From NCBI GenBank assembly GCA_049513715.1, contig JBEKVV010000001.1, positions 96,001 through 160,000 on the forward strand: 64,000 nucleotides of DNA. Reading direction: 5' to 3'. This DNA comes from Candidatus Bathyarchaeia archaeon. GTDB lineage: Archaea > Thermoproteota > Bathyarchaeia > 40CM-2-53-6. Within the stretch, counting starts at the first letter, position 1. Every line of letters begins with the position of its first letter. Positions 1-9,074 of this stretch are shown piece after piece. Below the pieces are notes generated by a model. It was not told the origin of the DNA and ran no database searches. It was given only the letters and a program-made list of their open reading frames with translations. A program made the position numbers and the translations under genes.

Positions 1-330
1 CAGGCCAACAGGCAGTTCCTCATAGCCCTACAGTTCTCCCCGAAGGCGATCAAGAGGATAGCGGAGCAGCACAACGGTGATCTGGCGAACCTGACGAGGG
101 ATGAGAAGCGGAAGTTTGCGGAGCAGGCCAAGATGAGGCTGGGGCAGTCAAGGCCAGCGGGGAAAGAGAGCAAGCCCCCCGCCCGGCTGAGAGTGACGAA
201 GGAGGAGGCAGAGCTTCTTCAGGAGCAGGGATGGGAGAAGATAGAGGTCTTCGAGAGCGGGAGGGTTCTGCTCGAGTGGCGGTACTCTACCCCTCCTCCA
301 AAGCGGCAGTTACTAGCTCCCAGTAAATGA
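1..330 (+). CDS. C-terminal fragment, possibly of a tyrosine integrase (5' truncated by window edge)
   Basis: Frame 1 is open from base 1; ends RVTKEEAELLQEQGWEKIEVFESGRVLLE, resembling the C-terminal tail of TACK archaeal integrases; catalytic residues not in window. Confidence 0.45.
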   Translation, partial: QANRQFLIALQFSPKAIKRIAEQHNGDLANLTRDEKRKFAEQAKMRLGQSRPAGKESKPPARLRVTKEEAELLQEQGWEKIEVFESGRVLLEWRYSTPPPKRQLLAPSK

Positions 331-448
331 GAAGTTTTTCGATGGTCGCGGATGTCAGCGGCAGCTCGTCCGGCGTGTCCGCTATCTCTTTGAGGATTGC
401 CGGGTGGTTCTGCAGTTTTTCTCTCACTAGGCGCTTGATCTCCACCAT
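287..448 (-). CDS. Small hypothetical protein (53 aa)
   Basis: ATG at 448 preceded by GGTGAG; helical composition MVEIKRLVREKLQ. Confidence 0.5.
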   Translation of the reverse strand: MVEIKRLVREKLQNHPAILKEIADTPDELPLTSATIEKLLIYWELVTAALEEG

Positions 449-491
449 GCTCACCACGCCTTCCCCCCAGCCGGACAACTCCGCGTCCCCC

Positions 492-728
492 TCAGTCGGA
501 CGGCTTTCCTTTGAACGTCTTGAAGTCTGGCCGGTCGCGTGCGACTTCTTCGAAGGTCTTGATCTCCTCGAGCTTGGCGGTCAGCAAAGCCTTGACATGG
601 GCGGGGCTCACGAGCGAGAGGTCTCCCAGCAAGGCGATTTCGTAGTCGGGATAATGCACCGCCCTCAAAAACGCCTCGGCAAACTCTCCTCGCGCTTGGG
701 CTCGCTCGGAATCTCGCGCTTCAGACAT
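492..728 (-). CDS. Small hypothetical protein (78 aa)
   Basis: ATG at 728 preceded by GGTGGT; co-oriented with the next small ORF. Confidence 0.55.
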   Translation of the reverse strand: MSEARDSERAQARGEFAEAFLRAVHYPDYEIALLGDLSLVSPAHVKALLTAKLEEIKTFEEVARDRPDFKTFKGKPSD

Positions 729-882
729 GATATACCACCACCCTATGTCCATTGAGCCCTTTTTCTCATTTTCTCTCTGCCTCCAGTGTTTTATGAAGTA
801 GTTTACATATACTGCAGATTCAAATCATGATTTTTCTTGGGCTGGCCTTTTTAAACGCCATGAACAGGCTGAACGATGTCCC

Positions 883-1104
883 TTGACTGCTAGAGGAAAG
901 TTAGAGCATGAAGTGATGTTCAAGCGGCACCTGCTGGCGTCGGGCCCCGTCAGCAAGGTGGTCGCGGTTCCGCCGAAATTTCTCCGAGAGCTGGGGCTTA
1001 AGGAGGGTGACCCAGTCTTGTGGAATTGGCCAATGCATTCGAAATCCATTCGACTGGTCGCTCCAAGGAAGGAGGATCCAAAGCGTGGCACCGCCAAGTC
1101 CTAA
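883..1104 (+). CDS. AbrB/MazE/SpoVT-type DNA-binding protein
   Basis: SKVVAVPPKFLRELGLKEGDPVLW matches the swapped-hairpin signature; TTTTTAAA box at about 848-855. Confidence 0.8.
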   Translation: MTARGKLEHEVMFKRHLLASGPVSKVVAVPPKFLRELGLKEGDPVLWNWPMHSKSIRLVAPRKEDPKRGTAKS

Positions 1105-1855
1105 ACCCGCCTGGGTTACTGGGCGAGTCAGTAAGATAACGAGCGAACACAAAGCGGAGAAACTTCGAGTCCTGGCCTACGTTGACGGCGGGAAGGTGCC
1201 TATCGCTTTCGACTCCTACCCGAAGGGGCTAGCGACGCAATGCGAACTTTCCGTATTCGTCGTCAACCACGGAAATTTCTGCTACCCTCTGAACGATTCT
1301 CCCGTTACCATTACTCCAACTGGCCAAATCAGACTGGCGAATGCTCCTCTACCGCGAATGGCGTGTAGGGTTAGCGACGTCAGCATCGACGGGGCCGTCC
1401 TTCGTCTTCGAGTCTTGGAGCTTAACAAGCCCGTGTCCGTAATTGGCTACGTGGGCAGGGTTCCGCGTGAGGGTGAACATGTCTCTTTCGATCTGAGCCG
1501 GGAGGACACAAATGAGTTCGTCGTGGTGAATTTCCGCAGGGAGGCTTACATGGTTCCTAACAGGTTTGGCTCCGGGGTGAAGGATGAAGTGAAGCACATC
1601 TTCACGACCGCAATCTTCGCTCAGCCCGGCCATGAAGGCGTAGTCGGCGACTGCGATGGCGAACTCAAAGCATCACTGGGACTCAATGACCATGGAGGAG
1701 CAGGCGGGCCAATTCGTGAGTTAGAAAAAGCCGGCTTCATCGAGCCGGTGTTGGGGAGTGACGGCCAGCAGAAGAGGCGATTGCCGCCACCAGATATTGC
1801 ACGAAGAAACCACAACCGTTCGCAACCAGTTTGGCGTGTTTTGAAGATCTGGTAG
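1085..1855 (+). CDS. Hypothetical protein with two OB-like beta repeats and a C-terminal winged helix (possible ssDNA-binding protein)
   Basis: GTG at 1085 with GGAGG upstream; internal repeat GRVS..KLRVL / CRVS..RLRVL; PIRELEKAGFIE wHTH-like segment. Confidence 0.55.
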   Translation: MAPPSPKPAWVTGRVSKITSEHKAEKLRVLAYVDGGKVPIAFDSYPKGLATQCELSVFVVNHGNFCYPLNDSPVTITPTGQIRLANAPLPRMACRVSDVSIDGAVLRLRVLELNKPVSVIGYVGRVPREGEHVSFDLSREDTNEFVVVNFRREAYMVPNRFGSGVKDEVKHIFTTAIFAQPGHEGVVGDCDGELKASLGLNDHGGAGGPIRELEKAGFIEPVLGSDGQQKRRLPPPDIARRNHNRSQPVWRVLKIW

Positions 1856-2066
1856 GCATTGAAAACTCCGACATAAGGATTGACGAGAGTCACGCCCTAC
1901 GCTCCCGGGGTAGTCGTTTATGGATACCTTACGAAGTTCAACATCACACGCATAGATTCTTTGCTGTTTCCCCGTTGTTGGCCTATTTTGGAACGGAACT
2001 TTGTCCACAACTTTACTCTTGATCATGCTATTTTTGTCTGCTTTAATACGGTACAAAGTTATGAAA

Positions 2067-4181
2067 CTAGTCGCTTTGACCCTCGGTAGCGGATGTATCA
2101 CTTGTATCAGATACGTACGAATCCATTGCGGGTGATACTGTACCTGATACATCCGATTTATCTGATTCAGGTCGAAAATCGTATTCTGCCTTCAAACGGT
2201 CTAGAAGTTTGCGGTTCACCTTCCAGTGGCGTTTCGTCGTTCTCTTACTGGTTTTCGGGTCTATGGTTGGAACCTGTACCTTCTCGAACCTTAGCCGCGA
2301 TAGAACCCTGCCTATTGCGATCGGAGATATGTTCTGGTCGGATAGTTCCTCTCTTACCTGTTCTGTTGAGACCGATTTGTCGCCTGCCGGCAATTTGGCA
2401 ACGGCATCAGAGTAAGCCGCCAAGACCTTATACTCTATTGTTTCCTCGATTCTCTCGCGGCGCGTCGCCTCTTCTTGCTCAAGAATACTTTCAAGGATCG
2501 GTCGGTATTTGTCGGGGGTTATTGCGATCAACGGTTCTAGAACGTCCGCAAGGCGCGGGTCATGCGTTACAACCTCGCTTGTCAAAGGTTGATGCCTTGA
2601 CAGGCAATCAATTCTATATTGAACGAGCTTGGCGCGTATCTCCTCAGCTTCCTCTTTCGTCAGCCGAGGATATCTCTTAGGAGATTTCGGCAAGATAATT
2701 TGGATACTGCGATCAGCAATGGTTTCGAAGATCTCTTTTCTGGACGCAATGACTTTGTAGCCAAAAGCATCCAAGAACATCGGCTCGTTATCTTCATTGC
2801 ATAGTAGTGCTGGAGACCCGCGTTGAACTCCGGCATTGAGACAAGCCATCAACTCCTTGTCTCCGCCGAACTTGTCCTCGGGGTTGATGTATGCTTCAGC
2901 TTCATCTAAGATGAGTGTGGCGTTGCTGTCATTAATAGCGCGTAGTATCGCGGCTCTTGTCGCAATACTCGCAAGTATTGGCCGGCGAGTCATCTGTCGG
3001 ATTATGTCGCAGAGCCAAGTCTTCGCGTGACCTTTGGGTGCCGTGACATAAAGGATAGTGGCGAAATTCGTGTCCTCGATTCGCCACGTCGCCATCACCC
3101 ATGCCGTCAGAATGTTGTAATGCTCGGGTTTCCATAACAAGACGTGACGTTTGAATGCGCTAAGGATGAACTCGTAGAGTTCAAGTTCTGTCCCATAGGG
3201 CTGTGGCGGGGGAACAGGTGCATAGATTGCCGCGACTTGGTCGGCAAAGACTTCGTCTTTCTTCTTTGTCTCTGATGGTTTTGCAAGGAGCCCAAGCTCA
3301 TAGGCTCGTTGAAACGTTTGGAATCCTTTGTCTTTGTTCTTGCCTTTGAGAGCGCCGGGGAGGGCTTCACTGCAGTCGATTATACCCTCTCGAACAGCCA
3401 ACCAAAGTAGCGGGCCTCCGCCCGTGTCGCATCTAAAACAGTACCAACAATTCTTGGCAGTATTGACGCTGAAATTATTTCCGGTAGTGCTATCGTGGAT
3501 CGGGTGCGAGCCCTGATATTGGTCGCCTCCCTTTGGTGTTAAGGCGTTTATGTCAACGACTGATTCTATTCGAAGTTCCCGATTTTTGGGGAACAGTTGT
3601 TTCTCGTGCGTTGCCTCTGTTTCAACTTGACTCTCTTTCTTGATGATCCATGGCTCCAATACTTGGAACAGTTCGACCGCAGATATGCTGGCGATCGGCG
3701 TGTCTCTCACGACTGTGTATCGTCCGCCATTCGGATGGATAGAATTGGGGCCGACGACGTAGCTTCGCTCGCCTTTGATGTGTCCTACGTTCGACTTACT
3801 TTTCTTGTCTCTGAGTTGTTTGATGCCTCCGTAGCCGAAACATAGGTAAGCGTAATGATGGCCCATGCTTCCAGGGCTTTGAACAGTTAGTGTTGGCGGA
3901 AGTTCTGCGTCGATTTTGGCAATAACTTCAGGTTCGTCGGCGTCAATCCAAATCAGGCCGGCTCCTCCTGCCACACCATAGTTACCGCCTTTCGCAAGGT
4001 GCGTCTGAAGTTCTGCGTCGTCCGCTTTCTTGAGTTTCTCCTGCCAGCCCTTTTCAATCGCACCCTTCGACCGTTCAGCTAACAGAACGAAACGTGGCCC
4101 CAGATTCTCAAGTCTTTTGATTAGGATGTCCGGAACGCTAACGAGGTCATTTTTGGTGCTGTTCAAATGGGCGTCCAGCAA
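2067..4181 (-). CDS. Bifunctional primase-polymerase (Prim-Pol) fused to a Zn finger and a P-loop ATPase/helicase-like domain
   Basis: GNYGV..LIWIDAD, PTLTVQSPG.GHHY and YVVGPNSIHPNG Prim-Pol motifs; HPIH..CWYCFRC Zn finger; APKGHAKT Walker A-like and LILDEAE Walker B. Confidence 0.88.
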   Translation of the reverse strand: MLDAHLNSTKNDLVSVPDILIKRLENLGPRFVLLAERSKGAIEKGWQEKLKKADDAELQTHLAKGGNYGVAGGAGLIWIDADEPEVIAKIDAELPPTLTVQSPGSMGHHYAYLCFGYGGIKQLRDKKSKSNVGHIKGERSYVVGPNSIHPNGGRYTVVRDTPIASISAVELFQVLEPWIIKKESQVETEATHEKQLFPKNRELRIESVVDINALTPKGGDQYQGSHPIHDSTTGNNFSVNTAKNCWYCFRCDTGGGPLLWLAVREGIIDCSEALPGALKGKNKDKGFQTFQRAYELGLLAKPSETKKKDEVFADQVAAIYAPVPPPQPYGTELELYEFILSAFKRHVLLWKPEHYNILTAWVMATWRIEDTNFATILYVTAPKGHAKTWLCDIIRQMTRRPILASIATRAAILRAINDSNATLILDEAEAYINPEDKFGGDKELMACLNAGVQRGSPALLCNEDNEPMFLDAFGYKVIASRKEIFETIADRSIQIILPKSPKRYPRLTKEEAEEIRAKLVQYRIDCLSRHQPLTSEVVTHDPRLADVLEPLIAITPDKYRPILESILEQEEATRRERIEETIEYKVLAAYSDAVAKLPAGDKSVSTEQVREELSDQNISPIAIGRVLSRLRFEKVQVPTIDPKTSKRTTKRHWKVNRKLLDRLKAEYDFRPESDKSDVSGTVSPAMDSYVSDTSDTSATEGQSD
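2090..2162. repeat. Iteron-like GTATC/GATAC array with an 11-bp perfect inverted repeat (putative origin)
   Basis: CGGATGTATCA 2090-2100 / TGATACATCCG 2145-2155; further copies at 2103, 2110 and 2133; AT-rich stretch adjacent. Confidence 0.6.
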
Positions 4182-4294
4182 CCTTCACGTACTCCACAAC
4201 TCTGAGAATTGTGTCTTTCTGTATGCCCTACGGTCAGAAGCGAATGGAAGACCTGGCCGAGATGACCCTATGATACCATTTGGGGACATATCTG

Positions 4295-4885
4295 TCACTT
4301 TTCCCAAGGTTGACCGTAATGCACCGCGGCCAGAAATGCGCCTATGACGATTGAGTAAGCAGCATTTACAACGTACAGCTCCAGCATTGTTCGATTGTAC
4401 TGGAGACCCTTCACCTGTCTGAGTTCCAAATCGATGGGAATCTCTCTCCTCAAAGTTTCGATCACTTGATCTTTTGGCCCTCTGACGGAGATCTTCATTT
4501 CATGGAGAGGGATGGTGAATGTTCTGCTTAACACGTCAACGACATTCTTCAAATCATAAGACGCGTGAGTCGTGTAGGTGTAGTATTGTCTAAGGGCTCC
4601 TTCGGTGAAGCAGTTTTCGAACCATCTGAGTTGCTCCAGGCCCTCGATTTGCTTCTTCCGGGGTGCTCCATCGTATGGTGGGATGGCTATCCTAGTTGGG
4701 AGTGGAGAACGAGTCTTCCTGAGTTTGACGAAGAACTTATCGACGCCTTCTTCCAATTCGAGGTGTTGAAGTCCCTGTTCAAGTTCCTCCGCGAATCGTG
4801 GTTCCCTGCTTTGTGCAACGTATTCCACCAGGGTTCGCGGTGATCTAATGCTTTGCCTCAAGAAATCGAGGAGGTTGAAATCCAA
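4295..4885 (-). CDS. Hypothetical protein
   Basis: Long ORF; probable TTG start at 4885 avoids overlap with the divergent gene at 4968. Confidence 0.65.
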   Translation of the reverse strand: MDFNLLDFLRQSIRSPRTLVEYVAQSREPRFAEELEQGLQHLELEEGVDKFFVKLRKTRSPLPTRIAIPPYDGAPRKKQIEGLEQLRWFENCFTEGALRQYYTYTTHASYDLKNVVDVLSRTFTIPLHEMKISVRGPKDQVIETLRREIPIDLELRQVKGLQYNRTMLELYVVNAAYSIVIGAFLAAVHYGQPWEK

Positions 4886-4967
4886 TGGATATCCGAGTAC
4901 TACATGGAACCCCGCAATACTTAAATATATCCATAGCCCGTAATGTACGTGGGGGCCCGCGAAGACC

Positions 4968-5243
4968 ATGGGAGACCACAATTCTAAACCAGATGACGGA
5001 GCCATCGACGAGGTCGAATCATTAAACCGGAGACTTTCGGAGATGGGGTTCGGAAGATGCCGATTCGAAGTTGACGAGGACGGTATGGTCTTCTTCATCG
5101 ATGACTCCAGCCAGGACTGCTTCACCGTGTCCACCGCATCCCGAGCCGAACAAATTCTTGAGGAACTCGGCGACTACATCTTCCATACCGAACATGAGCG
5201 ACATTGTCGAAGAGAACACTGCTCAATCTGCGGGAGGCCATAA
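4968..5243 (+). CDS. Small acidic hypothetical protein with a C-terminal Cys/His cluster
   Basis: ORF downstream of TTAAATATA (4921); ends HERHCRREHCSICG. Confidence 0.65.
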   Translation: MGDHNSKPDDGAIDEVESLNRRLSEMGFGRCRFEVDEDGMVFFIDDSSQDCFTVSTASRAEQILEELGDYIFHTEHERHCRREHCSICGRP

Positions 5244-5247
5244 CTTC

Positions 5248-5448
5248 TTGAGGGAAGGAAGGCAAGTCGGCGACCGCGATGGACGACCAACTCACAAAGA
5301 GGATGGAGAGAAAGAACCGCTTCAGTTAAGACATAAAAAATGTGAGTGCGGCTGGATGCTCTTTCCTGTGCCGCCTCCATCCCACTGCATAAACAAACAT
5401 TGCCGAAACTATCGGTCTCCTCAACTCGGCCTCTGGCGAGGCGACTAA
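5248..5448 (+). CDS. Small Zn-finger protein
   Basis: TTG at 5248 with GGGAGG upstream; CECG...CINKHC motif. Confidence 0.55.
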   Translation: MREGRQVGDRDGRPTHKEDGEKEPLQLRHKKCECGWMLFPVPPPSHCINKHCRNYRSPQLGLWRGD

Positions 5449-5822
5449 CCTTCTCACAGCCCTATGTCCAGGCAAGCCAAGCGAAGCGTGAGGGTCGATG
5501 GCCTCAGAGCTTCAATCGGGTCGTTCGAATCGAGGACTCTACTGGGCTCGTCTGGCAGTCAAGCAGAGTGATTCACGACCGGGTTCTCCTGGCGTCAAGC
5601 ACCATCGGAAAGAAGGCTAACATCGAGGGGCATAAGGGTTACGAGGCAAAATTCACCGACAGATTGACCGGGGAAGTGTGCGTGGAAGTATTCTTCGACG
5701 CGAACGCGGCCTGCTTGTGGTGCTATGACTGCGAGCTTGCCGCGCTCAAAAGATCCCAGAAGTCCGCTCTGACTCAGCCCCCTTTCCACACGATGCACTT
5801 CGGCATCGGAAGAAGACGCTGA
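5346..5822 (+). CDS. Hypothetical protein (true start probably near 5445)
   Basis: Open frame within a + strand operon; contains CYDC. Confidence 0.55.
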   Translation: MRLDALSCAASIPLHKQTLPKLSVSSTRPLARRLTFSQPYVQASQAKREGRWPQSFNRVVRIEDSTGLVWQSSRVIHDRVLLASSTIGKKANIEGHKGYEAKFTDRLTGEVCVEVFFDANAACLWCYDCELAALKRSQKSALTQPPFHTMHFGIGRRR

Positions 5823-5844
5823 GGAAGTGGCCTAGATAGTTGAG

Positions 5845-6216
5845 GTGGCGGGGCGTGAGTACGCGGATGGCGAAGTGATCTGGAAGGGCCTAGCATGCGA
5901 AGTGGATGAGGCTTTTGGGTACCGTCAGCCTGTGTACGCGGACATTTGTGGCTGGGATGGGGAGATTCGTGCGGTCGTTGACTCGAAATATGCAGGCAGC
6001 GTGCGCGTACAAAGGTGGAGCATGTTCGACGGTGAGTGGATTACGATGGAGTTTGGTTTAAGTTTGAACACAAGCCACCCTCCAAGTGCGGACGAAATAG
6101 TTCGGCTTGTGGTGGCAGGGCGTCTGACCGAGCTGAGAAATAAGCGGCCAAGATGGCGCCTGCGCCTGGCTTTTTCTCGTGTTGCGTTTCGACTTCTCCC
6201 TAGGAAGACCAAGTAG
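5845..6216 (+). CDS. Hypothetical protein
   Basis: 123-aa ORF continuing the operon. Confidence 0.55.
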   Translation: MAGREYADGEVIWKGLACEVDEAFGYRQPVYADICGWDGEIRAVVDSKYAGSVRVQRWSMFDGEWITMEFGLSLNTSHPPSADEIVRLVVAGRLTELRNKRPRWRLRLAFSRVAFRLLPRKTK

Positions 6217-6336
6217 GATCTTCGGATACTGCGCCGTTGCGGTGAATAGATTTCGGCCCGCGATCAGCGTTTGCCTCGTGCCGGCGTCGCTCACGACCAC
6301 CCCGATGTAGGAGGGCGTGTCACGGCATGGAGAAGT

Positions 6337-6663
6337 CTAGACGGCATTTGCTACGCTGTAGATGTGGGCGGCTGCCTGCGTTGCTTTCGCGCTCGGTAGA
6401 CCAAGGGGCCCCAGCCATGCGGTAAGAGCGGAGAGTATGACCGGCCGAGCGGCTTTGTCCAGTCGGATTTCTTTCCAAGGTCGCCGACCTTTGAGAACTC
6501 CGATGTAGGGTATGGGTTCCGCTTCGTAAGTCCACGCGGCCACCGAATATCCTTTTGTTACGCGGAGTCGTCCGATTAAAGTTGCTTTTCGTGGCGGCAA
6601 AAGGACTAATCTCCGAGGCCGGTTGCGGTCGCGGATCCTAGAGTGGCCAACTGCGGGAGACAT
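6337..6663 (-). CDS. Basic hypothetical protein
   Basis: ATG-initiated 108-aa ORF divergent from the 6755 gene. Confidence 0.5.
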   Translation of the reverse strand: MSPAVGHSRIRDRNRPRRLVLLPPRKATLIGRLRVTKGYSVAAWTYEAEPIPYIGVLKGRRPWKEIRLDKAARPVILSALTAWLGPLGLPSAKATQAAAHIYSVANAV

Positions 6664-6754
6664 GATGATCCCGCTTACAAAAATGATGCCCCCTTATTGA
6701 ACCTGACTATTTTGTCATATTATCATGACATCGTCATCATGATGATGCGATTCT

Positions 6755-7312
6755 TTGTTTTCGCGGGATAACGCGCTTCCGAGAAAGGCTTGGCCGGGCA
6801 TCCGGATGCCTTGCGTTATTATCGGTTCGCTAGGCGAACTAACCCGTTCCTTAAATTCGCAGCGAAGGGGGAGGGTGAGAGCCTTGACAGGCGAACCGAC
6901 CAGGGCATTCAGCCAGAAGGCCGACCTTCTTGAGGTCTTTCGCTGGGAACCGTCGACATATTTCACCAATCTGCAGGCCGAGGTAGCGGAGGAGATAGTC
7001 CTCTTCATTCGCAATAACGGTAAGGACACAGGGCAGGAAACTTTCACCCATTGGAGAAGCGGTGATGTGTGGAGACTTGTCAGGGTTTCTCGTGCAGCTT
7101 TTCGCCAGTTTGCAGAGTCGCAGAAGTTGTGCAGCTCACGGTACGTCTGGAAAGTTATGAGAAAATTGGTTGACCTGGGTTACGTTCGAGTGTTCACTCC
7201 AAAGGGTCAGAAAGGCTACGGCCTCGTTGTCGACGTAATCAAGCGACACAAAGTATCAGCGAGCCGCTACGAGAAGTTCATGGAACCTTTGAGAAAAACG
7301 GCGAATCGCTGA
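6755..7312 (+). CDS. Winged-helix DNA-binding protein (start possibly GTG at 6875)
   Basis: SSRYVWKVMRKLVDLGYVRV..KGYGL wHTH-like helix and wing. Confidence 0.6.
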   Translation: MFSRDNALPRKAWPGIRMPCVIIGSLGELTRSLNSQRRGRVRALTGEPTRAFSQKADLLEVFRWEPSTYFTNLQAEVAEEIVLFIRNNGKDTGQETFTHWRSGDVWRLVRVSRAAFRQFAESQKLCSSRYVWKVMRKLVDLGYVRVFTPKGQKGYGLVVDVIKRHKVSASRYEKFMEPLRKTANR

Positions 7313-7362
7313 GAGAGTAGGCAGCAGATAATGCTCTTATGGCTTGACATCCATCAAGACCT

Positions 7363-8283
7363 ATGGAATCCGCTGCCGACTTTGCCGGCGAATTTTGGAA
7401 CCGTGATGAGGCTAGAAGAGATCAAATGCTCTACACGGCCTTTTGCCTAGTCGAGGCCGGGTTGCTGAATTATGCGTTGGGCCGATTCCTTGCCAGACGA
7501 AATGTGTACGATTGGGCCTCAACCTCACTGTACTATTCATTACTCTACTCAGCAAGACTGATCATATTCTTAGGGGTCGGCGACTTCCCACTGGGCCATT
7601 CGCACATCGGAGCTCTGTTCACAGAGTCAGAGATTAAAGACAAAGCTTGGTTTCGGGATCTCGCAAAGAAAGTTGATCCAGAATTAGGATCTCTCAATCC
7701 ACGTCAAACTTTCCAGAAAGACGTGCTTAGCTCAAGGCTTCTAAGCCGAGGCGCTACCCAGCAGAATATTGACAATGCCTTCGATTTCTTTGCGAGAAAC
7801 TTGAAGGAGGCAACGAAGCTTAGAAACGATTCAAGCTATGAATCGTTGTTGGTTGCACACGCATACAATCACAGGCGTGTCACAGAAGCTTTTGAAGATC
7901 TGTCAGCAGGTCTCCAGATGCTCTCGCTCAGAGCGAACACAATCGCAATTGGGGTGCTGACGCAGGTCGCCAAAGCGAATACAAGACTTGCCTACTTCAC
8001 TGCATTCCTTAATGACCGGAAGAATAGAGAAGGACTCTACTATTTTGAAGACCATCTCAAGCATCGATTCTCAAATGAACAAGACATCAGTGACCACGGA
8101 GAAATAATCAACGAGTGTATCGCACTTGTGGAACCGCTTAGGATGGATGGCAGGTCAGACCCTGAAAAAGCCGACTCCTTCCGGCGGAATGTCAGCCTTG
8201 AGAGTTTTGACTCGAAGAGCCGGCTCATGAACGACTTTCGAAACAGAAGCAGAAGGCTCAGAATGGTCGGCGAAGAAGCATGA
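7363..8283 (+). CDS. HEPN-domain-like protein
   Basis: LYYSLLYSARLII, GHSHI and KLRNDSSY match the YYaxfhaArA..H..R..aDY pattern of HEPN proteins. Confidence 0.65.
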   Translation: MESAADFAGEFWNRDEARRDQMLYTAFCLVEAGLLNYALGRFLARRNVYDWASTSLYYSLLYSARLIIFLGVGDFPLGHSHIGALFTESEIKDKAWFRDLAKKVDPELGSLNPRQTFQKDVLSSRLLSRGATQQNIDNAFDFFARNLKEATKLRNDSSYESLLVAHAYNHRRVTEAFEDLSAGLQMLSLRANTIAIGVLTQVAKANTRLAYFTAFLNDRKNREGLYYFEDHLKHRFSNEQDISDHGEIINECIALVEPLRMDGRSDPEKADSFRRNVSLESFDSKSRLMNDFRNRSRRLRMVGEEA

Positions 8284-8942
8284 ATTGGCGCTTGCTAATC
8301 AAAGCGGGGAAAGCCTTTGACGAGATAGAACAAACATTTCCAGATCCAAGCGCATACGACTCAACGATGCGGTCTCTAAATTCTGGCTCTCTCCCACAGA
8401 AGGAAGAGGTAAGGAAGATCTACGCCTTCATGAACAAATGGTTCAGCCGCGCCGCCTGGAAGAGTTTTGACACGTTCTGTGAACGATATCAGATGGCCTG
8501 GAACAACTTATCGGCATTATCGTCCCTAGCGCTCGAAAATACATCCCCAGAAGACGTGATTAGAATCAACGGCGAACAAATCAGAGTGACAAGGGCCATC
8601 CACTTCTGTTTTGATTGTCTGTCGCTCGTTTGGAAGGTTGGATCAACACCCGCATCCAAGGCACTCCACATGACGGCCCCCGGTCTACTCGTTATGTGGG
8701 ACACGCCTATTCGTAACAGGATTGCCCACGGAAGCTCCGGCTATCACTACGCCTACATTTTTCTGCCCACAATGAAGCGAAACGTCGATGATGTGATTCA
8801 ATCTTACATTAGGGAGACGAATTGCGATAGTAAAGAGGCAGTGGCCCAGATACAGAAGGAAAGAGGCAAGAACTACACCTTGGCCAAAATGATTGATGAG
8901 TTCAACTGGGTAACGATCACCAAAGGTCGAAGACTGGGCTGA
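8280..8942 (+). CDS. Putative helix-hairpin-helix DNA glycosylase-like protein
   Basis: KVGSTPASKALH...P...MWD and C-terminal KMIDEFNW; ATGA overlap with the upstream gene. Confidence 0.5.
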   Translation: MNWRLLIKAGKAFDEIEQTFPDPSAYDSTMRSLNSGSLPQKEEVRKIYAFMNKWFSRAAWKSFDTFCERYQMAWNNLSALSSLALENTSPEDVIRINGEQIRVTRAIHFCFDCLSLVWKVGSTPASKALHMTAPGLLVMWDTPIRNRIAHGSSGYHYAYIFLPTMKRNVDDVIQSYIRETNCDSKEAVAQIQKERGKNYTLAKMIDEFNWVTITKGRRLG

Positions 8943-9074
8943 TTCGAAAGTAACACTTGAAGTCGTCAAATCGCCCTCGCTATCGTGGTCAGCCACTTTA
9001 CGAAACCGTGTAACAAGCGATTTATTCACAGTCTGCAAACTACTAGGTAGAAATTCTGTGAGGAGGGTGTCAAA

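Noticed and set aside
6058..6663. ORF 6337-6663 continues in frame past TAG into ORF 6058-6300, with YIGV on both sides
   Set aside because: The downstream part overlaps the opposite-strand gene 5845-6216 by about 160 nt, and TAG is clearly a stop for other genes here (hsdM, ctaA, phosphoesterase)
6662..6706. C/D-box sRNA-like pattern ATGATGA...ATGATGC...CTGA
   Set aside because: No D' box, short, overlaps a start codon and promoter, and is explained by the local ATCATGAT-type repeats
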